Source: Macrostomum lignano (taxonomy: Eukaryota). From it: a DNA stretch of 64,000 bases. Positions 21,098-33,776 of the stretch are shown piece by piece (within the stretch, counting starts at the first letter, position 1; each line of letters starts with the position of its first letter). The stretch spans positions 19,773 through 83,772 of the forward strand of contig NIVC01002104.1 of NCBI GenBank assembly GCA_002269645.1. Reading direction: 5' to 3'. The position numbers and the translations under genes were made by a program. The notes beneath the pieces are model-generated. The model ran no database searches and was not told where the DNA came from. It saw nothing but the letters and a program-made list of their open reading frames with translations.

Positions 21098-24000
21098 TTA
21101 ACTTGGCCTTGGCTTTACTTTATTGTACAGCACTATCTTCTTGTCTGCATAGCGGCTGCGGGAGGGTCGCTGCTGCTGCTGTTGCTGCTGCTGGAGCCGC
21201 TTGATTTCTGCCAACTGTTTGGGCGACAGTTTGGCCTCCCGTTCGGCGACACGCTGTGCCACCGATTCCGTCAGCTCTTTGAGCTCCGGAAAGTCGTCGA
21301 GATTGTCGATTAGCGGGATCAGCAGTGGCTCGATGCTTGGGTGCTTGCTGGCTGGAATTGAGCGATGCGGGTGAATTGAGACTGCATTCTTGATGGGCGG
21401 AGTGATAGACGGGAATGTACACTCGATTGGGATAGAGGGGCTGTATGTACATTCTTGATAGGTGGAGTGGTGATAGTGAAACTGTACACTCGATTGGGAT
21501 AGAGAGGCTGTATGTACATTCTTGATAGGCGGAGTGGTAGAGGGGATTGTAATATTCCTGCACGAAAACGAGACGCACGAGTTTGCGTGTAGGAAAATCA
21601 TTGTCTTTTGACCATAGACAAAGTCATTACTGCACGGTTTTCGAGAAACGTTAAGAAGAGATGAAAATTGAGTGGAGAGTTTATAGAAAAGTGTATAAAG
21701 CTTATTGACTATGGCGTCTGTAATCGACTCGGCTCTGAATCCTCCATTAATTGATTTTCGCTATGCTACGGTGTCTGGATTAATTGGCGACGAAATGTTT
21801 ATTGAAAGTGTGTCCAGCAACTTTGAGAGGACGGGCGACGATTTGACTGCACTGATAGCGGATTGCACGTTCAGCGAGGAATTAGAGAAACTTTTCAGCT
21901 CGGATCCGGAAACCTTGTGTAACCTTGACGAATTGGAAAGTCTGGCCGCTCAACTGGAACGCGACAACGAATGTCATTCGACTGTCTCTAAGGATAAAGC
22001 TGTGATCAACCGCTTGACGGCCTGGTTGGCGGAGAATAATTTAAAAGTGGATTACGCGACTGCTTCGGTGGAAGAAATTGCCAAATGGGTCCGCTACTTC
22101 TATGCGACTCTGCGTAAGTCAGACGGCAGCTTCTATTCGCCGAATACAATCGTAGGAATTCGAGCCGCACTGTTCAGGTACTTTATGAAATTACGTGGCC
22201 TCAATATCATCGCTCACGAGGCTTTTCATAGCGCGAAATTGATGGTGAAGAATGTTTGCAATGCGTATTTGAAGTCCGGTGGTCGAGTGCAGCATTACGA
22301 AGCCATTGAGTCGGACGACCTTGTCAAGCTTGCTTCTTACTTCGACAGAAGCACTCCAACACGTTTGCAAGAAGAGGTATATTTCAATGTGTTATTTTAT
22401 TTCGGCAATCGCGGCAGAGAATGGCTACGAGGTCTCACTGTTCGTTCATTCCGAGAGAAGGCCCTATCAAACGGAGCTATGGCGATCGAGTTGCAAGGCA
22501 GCACCTCAAAGAATGTAAAAGGCTCGAGTGACATGCGACTCTGCGACGACAATAAACAGGCCTTGATGGTGGCCAAGCCGGAGTCAAGGCACTGTCCAGT
22601 TCAGGCCTTCCAGCTTTATTTGTCGAAAATTACTGCCGTGCCGGGTTGGAATCAGGAGGACTTCTTTCTGCGTCCGAAACCACGAGTGAATGCGGATGGC
22701 ATCTGGTACACCAAAGTACCAGTTGGAATCAACACTTTGGGGCCGTTGCTCAAGAAGATCTCTTCGAATGCTAACCTTTCCAAGCTGTACACTCCGCATT
22801 GTGTGCGACCTACAGTTGTTACGGAGCTGCATGAAGCTGGCTTTTCTGTCGAAAAAATTGCGAAGGTGACAGGTCACAAGGTGAGCAATTCTTTATTCTT
22901 AGTAAGTTTATTGACACATGGACAAGGAATTTATTAAACACCACCTCTATTCACAGAATAGCGCGTCGGTAGAACGATACATTCGGAGAGGCAAGAAGAG
23001 GGACTCGATCATGGCAGGGATGAGTGATCAGCTGACAGTCGCTCTAGCTGGAACTATGCCGGCACCAAGTTCTACATTGAGCGAAGCTCCTGCAAGGGCT
23101 GTTACAACTACCGACCCGTGCGCCCTGAGCGACGCTCCTACAAGGGCTGTTGCGACTACCGACCCGTGCGGATCAGCGTCAATGTCAACTGTCAAGAAGT
23201 CACTGGTTGTTGAAGAATCGACCACCACACTTGTAGCAGCCCCACTAAGCGGATGAAGATTTTGGCAAACGGCGAAACGAATGTTGTGCAGTTTATTTTC
23301 GAGTAAATGCCGAGAGGGGTGTGAGTAGGTCTATAGACTCATTAACTGTTTCCCTAGTTCCACTTATTATCCTTTTTGTTCTTCCATATTGTTATTGATT
23401 ACATATTCAGTTGCTTCTAAAAATAAATTGTTAAATCGTGCAGGAATGAAGTCATTCCTGCACGATAAGCTAACGTATGTCAAGTGATTTCTACCATAGA
23501 CACAGACATTCCTGCACGATAATAAATCGAAAAAAATCATTCCTGCACGCTGTGGTCAAACGACAATGTACACTCGATTGGGATAGAAAGGCTGTATGTA
23601 CATTCTTGATAGGCGGAGTGGTGATTGTGAGACTGTATACTCGATTGGGATAGAGAGGCTGATGTACATTCTCGATAGGCGGAGTGGTAGATATCTCTAG
23701 GCGGAGTGGTAGATATCTCTAGGCGGAGTGGTAAATATCTCTAGGCGAGATATGTACACTGTAGTACATGTAGGAGGATAATTAAAAACTTTAAGGAACA
23801 AAATACAGTGTACATTGTTTTTATCGATGCAGGCAGTGGTGAGCACTATAGGGTTCTGATGCTCTCGGTTCTAGGAAATATAGATTTTTTATTCTTATCA
23901 ATTCGAATGAGATCATTCTTTGATTAAGCGTTTAATACTTCCGGGAAGTGAACTACAATTAATCAATCTATGAAAGCTTTTGAACTCCCACCCTTCCTAC

Positions 24001-27000
24001 ATTAGTTTAAATGTAATTAAAAGATACAAAGTACTATAGTTATCCAATAAACCTAATTGGAATTGAAAAAAACATTAGAAGCGCTTTTCACTGTAAAGGA
24101 CTTTTAATACAAATGATATTCCTGTTGTTGAGTAGTTAATCAGATATATTAAGGAATTTTCCATTTTACTGTACGACCTCCTCTTGTAAGCAATTTAATC
24201 AAATCTGAAGTTAATCCGGCTTTACGTTGAAGAACAATTTGGAAATTAAAATAACTGCGTCTTGCAATAAAGCGTGATAGCAGTTCAAAATGTATTCGAG
24301 TGCACTGTAGACAGTCATTTTAACACATTTCTCATTCACAGATTTAGACCTTATCTACAGATTTCACATCTACAGATTTCTTATCTGCAGATTTCTCATT
24401 CACACATTTCTCATCTACAGATTTCTCATCTACAGATTTCTCATTCACACATTTCTCATCTACAGATTTCTCATTCACACATTTCTCATCTACAGATTTC
24501 TCTCCCAGAGATTTGCAATCCCTGCTCACCTTGCAATTTGCACAGAACGACAACATCCCGACTGCCAATCTGATCCGATAGCGATTCGTGATCCTGCAGC
24601 TCGGGCAGCTTGAGCAGTTGGCCACCCACTGTGCTGAGCTCGATGACAGCTGGAATAGGAAAGTTTTTATAGATTTTTAGTATGTAGCCAGGCTCTTAAA
24701 ATTGTGGAAATCCTAGATATTTTTATTGTGAAATGCCTGACAGGAAGCTTAGCAAGTTTCAGTGGGAGATTTTTTCCAATCTGACAAATAGTTCGCAGCA
24801 GGAGGCAAAAAAACACGATTACAGCATTTTTCCCATGAACTTATCTCAACAGAATTTTTTCACGCTTGTAGCTGCTACAATCACATGTAAGCAATACAGA
24901 CAACTCATCATCTGTTCGCTGCGTACGAGTACTCGTATACGCAGTAGTGTTATATTTCCACCGAGTTCCTCCGGGAGAACTGTAGCATCCAGCTAGCTAG
25001 CTGGTTATGACACCAACACTGCCAACCAACATGCTTGACCTGTCACTACACGTATTGGAAATTTCACCCTACGTCAGTTGCTTACCCGGCTAAAAATAAA
25101 TAGAATTGAGGCTTTTTAACGAAACAGATGAGTGAACAGCAAAACCTCAGCAAAATGTTTTTACAGGGCACAAAAGATCTGCTTTGACTCTTTGGACTTT
25201 TAATGTATTGAAAACTAAAAGGGTTACGCAGGATTCTGTTGAGGCACGCAGGGGTCGGAAAAAAGATTGTGGGGAGAGCCAATCAAAGCCACGTACTTTG
25301 CACGCAGAGGACGGAAAACAGGAGGTTAGCGAGAGCCAATCAAAAGCCACACATTTCACACGCAGAGGGACGGAAAACAGGTTGCGGGAGAGCCAACCAA
25401 AAGCCACGTACTTCGCACGCAGGGGATGGAAAACACGGGGTTGGTGAGTGAGAGCCAACCAAAAGCCACGTTACTTCGCACGCAGGGGATGGAAAACACG
25501 GGGTTGGTGAGTGAGAGCCAACCAAAAGCCACGCACTTTGCACGCAGGGGACGGAAAACAGGAGGTTAGCGAGAGCCAATCAAAAGCCACACATTTCACA
25601 CGCAGAGGGACGGAAAACAGGTTGCGGGGAGAGCCAACCAAAAGCCACGTACTTCGCACGCAGGGGATGGAAAACACGGGGTTGGTGAGTGAGAGCCAAC
25701 CAAAAGCCACGCACTTCGCACGCAGGGGATGGAAAACACGGGGTTGGTGAGTGAGAGCCAACCAAAAGCCACGCACTTCGCCCGCAGGGGATGGAAAACA
25801 CGGGGTTGGTGAGTGAGAGCCAACCAAAAGCCACACACTTCGCACGCAGAGGGACGGAAAACACGGGGTTGATGAGTGAGAGCCAACCAAAAGCCACGTA
25901 CTTCGCACGCAGGGGACGTAAAACAGGGGGTTGGTGAGTGAGAGCCAACCAAAAGCCACGCACTTCGCACGCAGGGGACGGAAAACAGGGTGTTAGCGAG
26001 AGCCAACCAAAAAGCCACGTTACTTCGCACGCAGGGGATGGAAAACAGGGGTTGGTAAGTGAGAGCCAACCAAAAGCCGCGTACTTCGCACGCAGGGGAC
26101 GGAAAACAGGGGGTTGGTGAGTGAGAGCCAACCAAAAGCCACGTACTTCGCACGCAGGGGACGGAAAACAGGGGGTTGGTAAGTGAGAGCCAACCAAAAG
26201 CCACGTACTTCGCACGCAGGGGATGGAAAACACGGGGTTGGTGAGTGAGAGCCAACCAAAAGCCACACACTTCGCACTTAGGGGGTGGGGCGGAAAACAG
26301 GGGGACAGAAGGATTGACCCGATCTCAAATCTTAAGAGTACGTTCGTATAACCATTCCAGTCTACATGTAGATAGCTCTATCTAGTTTATGCAACGTAAG
26401 AAACATCTCATAGATTTTAAAACCAATAAAAATCTGTTGAGAGCTCACTATTTTGATCGAGTTTGCAGCTACGCCTGATTGCGCTGATCAGATGCTCTTT
26501 CTGGCACGTGATGTTGAACAGGGCTGTCTTATTGTCTGAAATAAGCAATTTTAATTGGTAAAGTGAAATATTTTTTGAATCCGAAAAAATTCAATCAGGT
26601 ATCATTTTCCCTTAGGGTTAGGTCTGCACATGTATAATACAGCAAACTGAAAATCTATATGCATTGTATTATCCGTCTAGCCTAAATCTTTGCTTAAAAT
26701 ATTCAATTGTCTCCGAAGCATTGGGCAGTTCTCGTATTACAAACCTAAGAGGCTTTGCAGCCTAATGCATCAGCTGCAGTGGGGGAGCATAGGGAGAGAG
26801 AGAGAGAGTAGAAGAAGAGCATTCAGAACCCAAAGTCGTACCTGAAGTCAGAATGGCAACAGGTGAATGGCACTCAGAAACAAGAGATGACAAGACGATA
26901 AAGAGAGAGAGAGAGATCCTCTCGTCCCGACATTGATGAAGCTATGCGATGCTGGACAGTCTCAGATTAGTAAACAGTGCAATCATTTACAACTCCACTC

Positions 27001-28669
27001 TGTCCCTCTCCATCCTCATCGCTATGGTATTAGTTGATGACCCACATAAAAATAGGCCTGGCAACCAATCCCAGTGATTGATGAAGCTGCTACAGAGTTT
27101 CCGGTTGATGCTGAGAAGTCCAGAGAGCAAGCAGTTCGAGATTTCCGGGGTCTTCTCTGTGGGTGAGGATGCCGCCCTATTCAACTAACCATATGACAAA
27201 ATACTCTCGAAGGGATTCATCAATATGAACTGTTAATACGCTTTGAGTATGATTAACTGGTACCCTCGATACACTGCAACAGTAGCCAATCTGCAGTGTT
27301 CCGCGGTAATTAGTCTGTCTAGACTAGATGAACACAGACAAAATGTGATTGTAATAAACTAATATGAGACTTGTCCAAACTGTCATTGGTGATACGATGC
27401 TGATTCATTTAGTTTCATAATATTCAACATATTTCCTAGTTTTCTTTCGAATCAGGTGACTATTCACTAATGAACTCACTCACTCATTCACTAATTTGCT
27501 CATTCAAACACTCATTAATCGCTCATCAACTTACTTTTCATCTTAAGGTGTCACTCATGAACTCACTCATGAAGTCAATCATGAAGTCACTCATGAACTC
27601 ACTCATAAACTCACTCATGAAATCGCTCATGAACTAATCAACTCACTCATGAACTCACTCATGAACTCACTCATGAACTCACTCATGAAATCGCTCATGA
27701 ACTAATCAACTCACTCATGAACTCACTCATGAACTCACTCATGAAATCGCTCATGAACTAATCAACTCACTCATGAACTCACTCATGAACTCACTCATGA
27801 AGTCAATCATGAAGTCACTCATGAACTCACTCATGAAGTCAATCATGAAGTCACTCATGAACTCACTCATGAAGTCAATCATGAACTCACTCATGAACTC
27901 ACTCATAAACTCACTCATGAACTCACTCATGAACTCGCTCATGAAGTCAATCATGAAGTCACTCATGAACTCACTCATGAAGTCAATCATGAAGTCACTC
28001 ATGAACTCACTCATGAACTCACTCATGAACTCACTCATGAACTCACTCATGAAGTCAATCATGAAGTCACTCATGAACTCACTCATGAAGTCAATCATGA
28101 AGTCACTCATGAACTCACTCATGAAGTCAATCATGAACTCACTCATGAAGTCAATCATGAACTCACTCATGAACTCACTTATGAACTCACTCATAAACTC
28201 ACTCATGAACTCACTCATGAACTCACTCATGAACTCACTCATAAACCCACTCATGAACTCACTCATGAACTCATTCATAAGCTCACTCATGAACTCACTC
28301 ATGAACTCACTCATGAACTCACTCATGAACTCACTCATGAACTCACTCATAAACTCACTCATGAACTCACTCATGAACTCACTCATAAACTCACTCATGA
28401 ACTCACTCATGAACTCACTCATGAACTCACTCATGAACTCACTCATGAACTCACTCATGAACTCACTCATGAACTCACTCATGAACTCACTCATGAACTC
28501 ACTCATGAACTCACTCATGAACTCACTCATGAACTCACTCATTAACTCATCAACCCTTCCCAGCCCACTCACCGCCGTGCAGCACACAGAAGTACAGCGG
28601 TGGACAGGCCGCAGAACCGGTCGCAGAGCTCCGACCCGAGCCGGCGTCAGCGGCGGTGTCTGGCGTCAT
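21098..28669 (-). CDS. C22orf15/CXorf65-family uncharacterised protein, 185 aa; exons 28669-28573, 26535-26449, 24649-24530, 21351-21098
   Basis: All three introns are GT-AG, phase 1, and give one continuous frame: LYFCVLHGDNKTALFNITCQKEHLISAIRRSCKLDQNTVIELSTVGGQLLKLP...LIPLIDNLDDFPELKEL. This matches my recollection of the family pattern (F.V.HGDN...N..C; LLENLDDHYPEL). Not database-verified. Confidence 0.75.
21552..23570 (+). mobile_element. Crypton (tyrosine-recombinase DNA transposon), about 2.0 kb, in intron 3 of the C22orf15-like gene, antisense to the host
   Basis: Interrupts a GTACACTCGATTGGGATAG minisatellite. Short direct repeat ATTGTA (21546-21551) and AATGTA (23565-23570). Encodes a tyrosine recombinase; subterminal TTCCTGCACG motifs. 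Confidence 0.85.
21711..23256 (+). CDS. Crypton tyrosine recombinase (DUF3504/ZMYM-like), about 489 aa; exons 21711-22880 and 22957-23256
   Basis: Catalytic set GNRGRE (R), TPHCVR (HxxR), TGHK (H) and SVERY (Y). A 76-nt GT-AG phase-0 intron (22881-22956) joins TGHK to NSASVERY. N-terminal half has DGSFYSPNT..R.ALFRY, typical of Crypton-derived domains. Confidence 0.88.
24350..24500. repeat. Short CAGATTTCTCATCTA / CACATTTCTCATTCA minisatellite
   Basis: Tandem copies at the 5' end of intron 3 of the C22orf15-like gene, next to exon 3. Confidence 0.85.
25230..26290. repeat. About 60-bp degenerate tandem repeat in intron 2 of the C22orf15-like gene
   Basis: GAGAGCCAACCAAAAGCCACGTACTTCGCACGCAGGGGACGGAAAACA recurs about 17 times. 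Confidence 0.95.
27550..28545. repeat. 12-bp minisatellite (ATGAACTCACTC)n with ATGAAGTCAATC variants, intron 1
   Basis: 12-bp period; source of the MSEF and MNSL pseudo-ORFs. Confidence 0.97.
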
Positions 28670-29239
28670 GCCTGCCTTGTCTCGTTCTGGCTGGCTGAGA
28701 AACCTGTGGTTTCGCTTCTAAATTAAAAGATGATTATTGCATATATATTTTACACTTCGCTAGCTCAGACCGCTCTAATAGTAACATTATCATTTCTGCT
28801 AGGCATTGCAACCAACTATTTAGAGAAAAAGCAAGAGATGAAAGACAGGAAAGAGATGTGAGGGATAGAGAGACAAAAAATACGTAACTTGGCCTATTCC
28901 CAGCTACAAGTGGGGTCATAATAGCTTAGAGAAACTGCGGTATACCCAGTCCTGCATCACTTTGAATAGCTCGTATACTCTAGTTGGCGTACGTAGAAAT
29001 TTAAACGAACTCAAAGTTAGTCTGTTACTGGCTGCTCGCTCTGTGCTCTTCTCTTTCTCCTGAGCAACAGCTCTTCTTAGAACTGCTTTGAAATTCTGTG
29101 AGCTGCTGGTAAACAGCTGTGAAAAATTTGTAAGCAATACTTGATGTCTCTGATGACCGCTTGCTAAAGGCCATTCATCATTATGTCATAATTATGTATT
29201 TAGCTTGATCTTTTACCAAATCTAGCTTTTAAATGTGCG

Positions 29240-30168
29240 TGATCTGTCATTCTATCCATGCGTGATCTGTCACTCAATCCATGCTTGATCTGTCACTCAA
29301 TCCATGCGTGATCTGTCACTCAATCCATGCTTGATCTGTCACTCAATCCATGCGTGATCTGTCACTCAATCCATGCTTGATCTGTCACTCAATCCATGCT
29401 TGATCTGTCACTCAATCCATGCTTGATCTGTCACTCAATCCATGCTTGATCTGTCACTCTATCCATGCGTGATCTGTCACTCAATCCATGCTTGATCTGT
29501 CACTCAATCCATGCGTGATCTGTCACTCAATCCATGCTTGATCTGTCACTCAATCCATGGGTGATCTGTCACTCAATCCATGCTTGATCTGTCACTCAAT
29601 CCATGCTTGATCTGTCACTCAATCCATGCTTGATCTGTCACTCAATCCATGCTTGATCTGTCACTCTATCCATGCGTGATCTGTCACTCAATCCATGCTT
29701 GATCTGTCACTCAATCCATGCGTGATCTGTCACTCAATCCATGCTTGATCTGTCACTCAATCCATGCGTGATCTGTCACTCAATCCATGCGTGAACTGTC
29801 ACTCAATCCATGCGTGATCTGTCACTCAATCCATGCTTGATCTGTCACTCAATCCATGCTTGATCTGTCACTCAATCCATGCTTGATCTGTCACTCAATC
29901 CATGCTTGATCTGTCACTCTATCCATGCGTGATCTGTCACTCAATCCATGCTTGATCTGTCACTCAATCCATGCGTGATCTGTCACTCAATCCATGCGTG
30001 ATCTGTCACTCAATCCATGCTTGATCTGTCACTCAATCCATGCGTGATCTGTCACTCAATCCATGCGTGATCTGTCACTCAATCCATGCTTGATCTGTCA
30101 CTCAATCCATGCGTGATCTGTCACTCAATCCATGCATGATCTGTCACTCAATCCATGCTTGATCTGTC
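29240..30168. repeat. 23-bp minisatellite (GATCTGTCACTCAATCCATGC[G/T]T), copy 1
   Basis: 23-bp period. Confidence 0.95.
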
Positions 30169-30959
30169 AAAATGGCGGCAATTTCGCCTGCATTTAAATC
30201 GATAAACTGATGGAGAATTATTGAAGAGACTGAAGGCAGAAGAAACCGTCAATTATGTGCTTAAAAAGTGTAGATTTTCCCTTGCCAATGCGTTTTTTAG
30301 GCAGCACACAGAAGTACAGCGGTGGACAGGCCGCAGAACCGGTCGCAGAGCTCCGACCCGAGCCGGCGTCAGCGGCGGTGTCTGGCGTCATGCCTGCCTT
30401 GTCTCGTTCTGGCTGGCTGAGAAACCTGTGGTTTCGCTTCTAAATTAAAAGATGATTATTGCATATATATTTTACACTTCGCTAGCTCAGACCGCTCTAA
30501 TAGTAACATTATCATTTCTGCTAGGCATTGCAACCAACTATTTAGAGAAAAAGCAAGAGATGAAAGACAGGAAAGAGATGTGAGGGATAGAGAGACAAAA
30601 AATACGTAACTTGGCCTATTCCCAGCTACAAGTGGGGTCATAATAGCTTAGAGAAACTGCGGTATACCCAGTCCTGCATCACTTTGAATAGCTCGTATAC
30701 TCTAGTTGGCGTACGTAGAAATTTAAACGAACTCAAAGTTAGTCTGTTACTGGCTGCTCGCTCTGTGCTCTTCTCTTTCTCCTGAGCAACAGCTCTTCTT
30801 AGAACTGCTTTGAAATTCTGTGAGCTGCTGGTAAACAGCTGTGAAAAATTTGTAAGCAATACTTGATGTCTCTGATGACCGCTTGCTATAGGCCATTCAT
30901 CATTATGTCATAATTATGTATTTAGCTTGATCTTTTACCAAATCTAGCTTTTAAATGTG

Positions 30960-31890
30960 CGTGATCTGTCATTCTATCCATGCGTGATCTGTCACTCAAT
31001 CCATGCTTGATCTGTCACTCAATCCATGCGTGATCTGTCACTCAATCCATGCTTGATCTGTCACTCAATCCATGCGTGATCTGTCACTCAATCCATGCTT
31101 GATCTGTCACTCAATCCATGCTTGATCTGTCACTCAATCCATGCTTGATCTGTCACTCAATCCATGCTTGATCTGTCACTCTATCCATGCGTGATCTGTC
31201 ACTCAATCCATGCTTGATCTGTCACTCAATCCATGCGTGATCTGTCACTCAATCCATGCTTGATCTGTCACTCAATCCATGCGTGATCTGTCACTCAATC
31301 CATGCTTGATCTGTCACTCAATCCATGCTTGATCTGTCACTCAATCCATGCTTGATCTGTCACTCAATCCATGCTTGATCTGTCACTCTATCCATGCGTA
31401 ATCTGTCACTCAATCCATGCTTGATCTGTCACTCAATCCATGCGTGATCTGTCACTCAATCCATGCTTGATCTGTCACTCAATCCATGCGTGATCTGTCA
31501 CTCAATCCATGCGTGAACTGTCACTCAATCCATGCGTGATCTGTCACTCAATCCATGCTTGATCTGTCACTCAATCCATGCTTGATCTGTCACTCAATCC
31601 ATGCTTGATCTGTCACTCAATCCATGCTTGATCTGTCACTCTATCCATGCGTGATCTGTCACTCAATCCATGCTTGATCTGTCACTCAATCCATGCGTGA
31701 TCTGTCACTCAATCCATGCGTGATCTGTCACTCAATCCATGCTTGATCTGTCACTCAATCCATGCGTGATCTGTCACTCAATCCATGCGTGATCTGTCAC
31801 TCAATCCATGCTTGATCTGTCACTCAATCCATGCGTGATCTGTCACTCAATCCATGCATGATCTGTCACTCAATCCATGCTTGATCTGTC
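30960..31890. repeat. 23-bp minisatellite, copy 2 (inside the duplication)
   Basis: Same array and same variant order as 29240-30168. Confidence 0.95.
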
Positions 31891-32450
31891 AAAATGGCGG
31901 CAATTTCGCCTGCATTTAAATCGATAAACTGATGGAGAATTATTGAAGAGACTGAAGGCAGAAGAAACCGTCAATTATGTGCTTAAAAAGTGTAGATTTT
32001 CCCTTGCCAATGCGTTTTTTAGGCAAAACATCTTTCTTGCGGTCCTTGCTTTCTACATTGGCAGCAGAAAGTGCACAAAAAACACCCCCAGTTTGTTGCC
32101 AGCAATCAGATGCCAGCCTTCATAAGCGCTCTGACAGATTAAATTTGTTAGCTGCAGTGAAGTCATATTAAGGAGGAGAGCTCTGAAGTTTAATCATATC
32201 CTGCATTATGATATGGTGTACTGTGGCTCACCACTAATTCTTGGCTAGGCATTGAAGGCTGAAATAAATATGGAGTGAATAACTTCTTTGTCGATTGCAG
32301 AGCTGCGACAGAAATATGGAATGCCCGTGCATAATTGATGGGGCTTACTGCTTCAGATGAAGCTCTGAAGCGATTGCGGCTTGAATGAAGATGGCTGTGC
32401 AATGCGGACTCAGTGTGAATAGACTGGTTATGCTGGATATTGGATTAATA

Positions 32451-33370
<920 letters not shown>

Positions 33371-33466
33371 ATGGACATGAAAGGAACAGTCCTTAAAATT
33401 CTGACTTGACTCGGTCCGTGAGTGGCCAGGCTGCTCTGAGCCCAAGCCCAGGCTCCTCCAGCCTCC

Positions 33467-33472
33467 TATAAA
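33467..33472 (+). promoter_or_regulatory. Candidate TATA box of the prepropeptide gene
   Basis: CCTATAAAG lies upstream of a candidate 5'UTR exon ending CAG|GTGAGA (donor 33614), with an acceptor at 33774 just before the ATG. Confidence 0.45.
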
Positions 33473-33776
33473 GTTGCCTCATCATTGGTTTGTACGAGCT
33501 TCACTGTTCCAGACTGTGGAAGCTCAAGTTGGCTCTGCAGGTGTGACTTGTTAACACAAACATATTAACAGCTGTAATATTTACATATTAACTCCTTTAT
33601 TAACTGAGAACAGGTGAGAATTGAATTGTTTGTCTCTAAAATGAGTTGGGCTTTGACTTTGAGCCGAGTGTGCGCGAGAGTATACTATGTAAATGTATTA
33701 TTTTTTATTTTGTGTTATACGCTCGTACGTCTCATCAATCTGCCTCATCAGTTCTAAGATTGCTACTATTTCAGAG

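Larger units (their letters stand above)
28579..32025. repeat. Head-to-tail tandem duplication, unit 1,722 bp (28579-30300 and 30301-32022), 3-bp GCA junction microhomology
   Basis: Identical ORFs offset by 1,722 (28734/30456, 28916/30638, 30221/31943). A few SNPs between copies, e.g. GCTAAAGG versus GCTATAGG. Confidence 0.95.

Noticed and set aside
21098-21145. KKIVLYNKV as the start of a heparan sulfate 2-O-sulfotransferase PAPS motif (YNRVPK)
   Set aside because: No VPKxxS exon found downstream, and the exon joins in frame to a C22orf15-like model. A donor at AAT AAA|GTAAAG remains formally possible.
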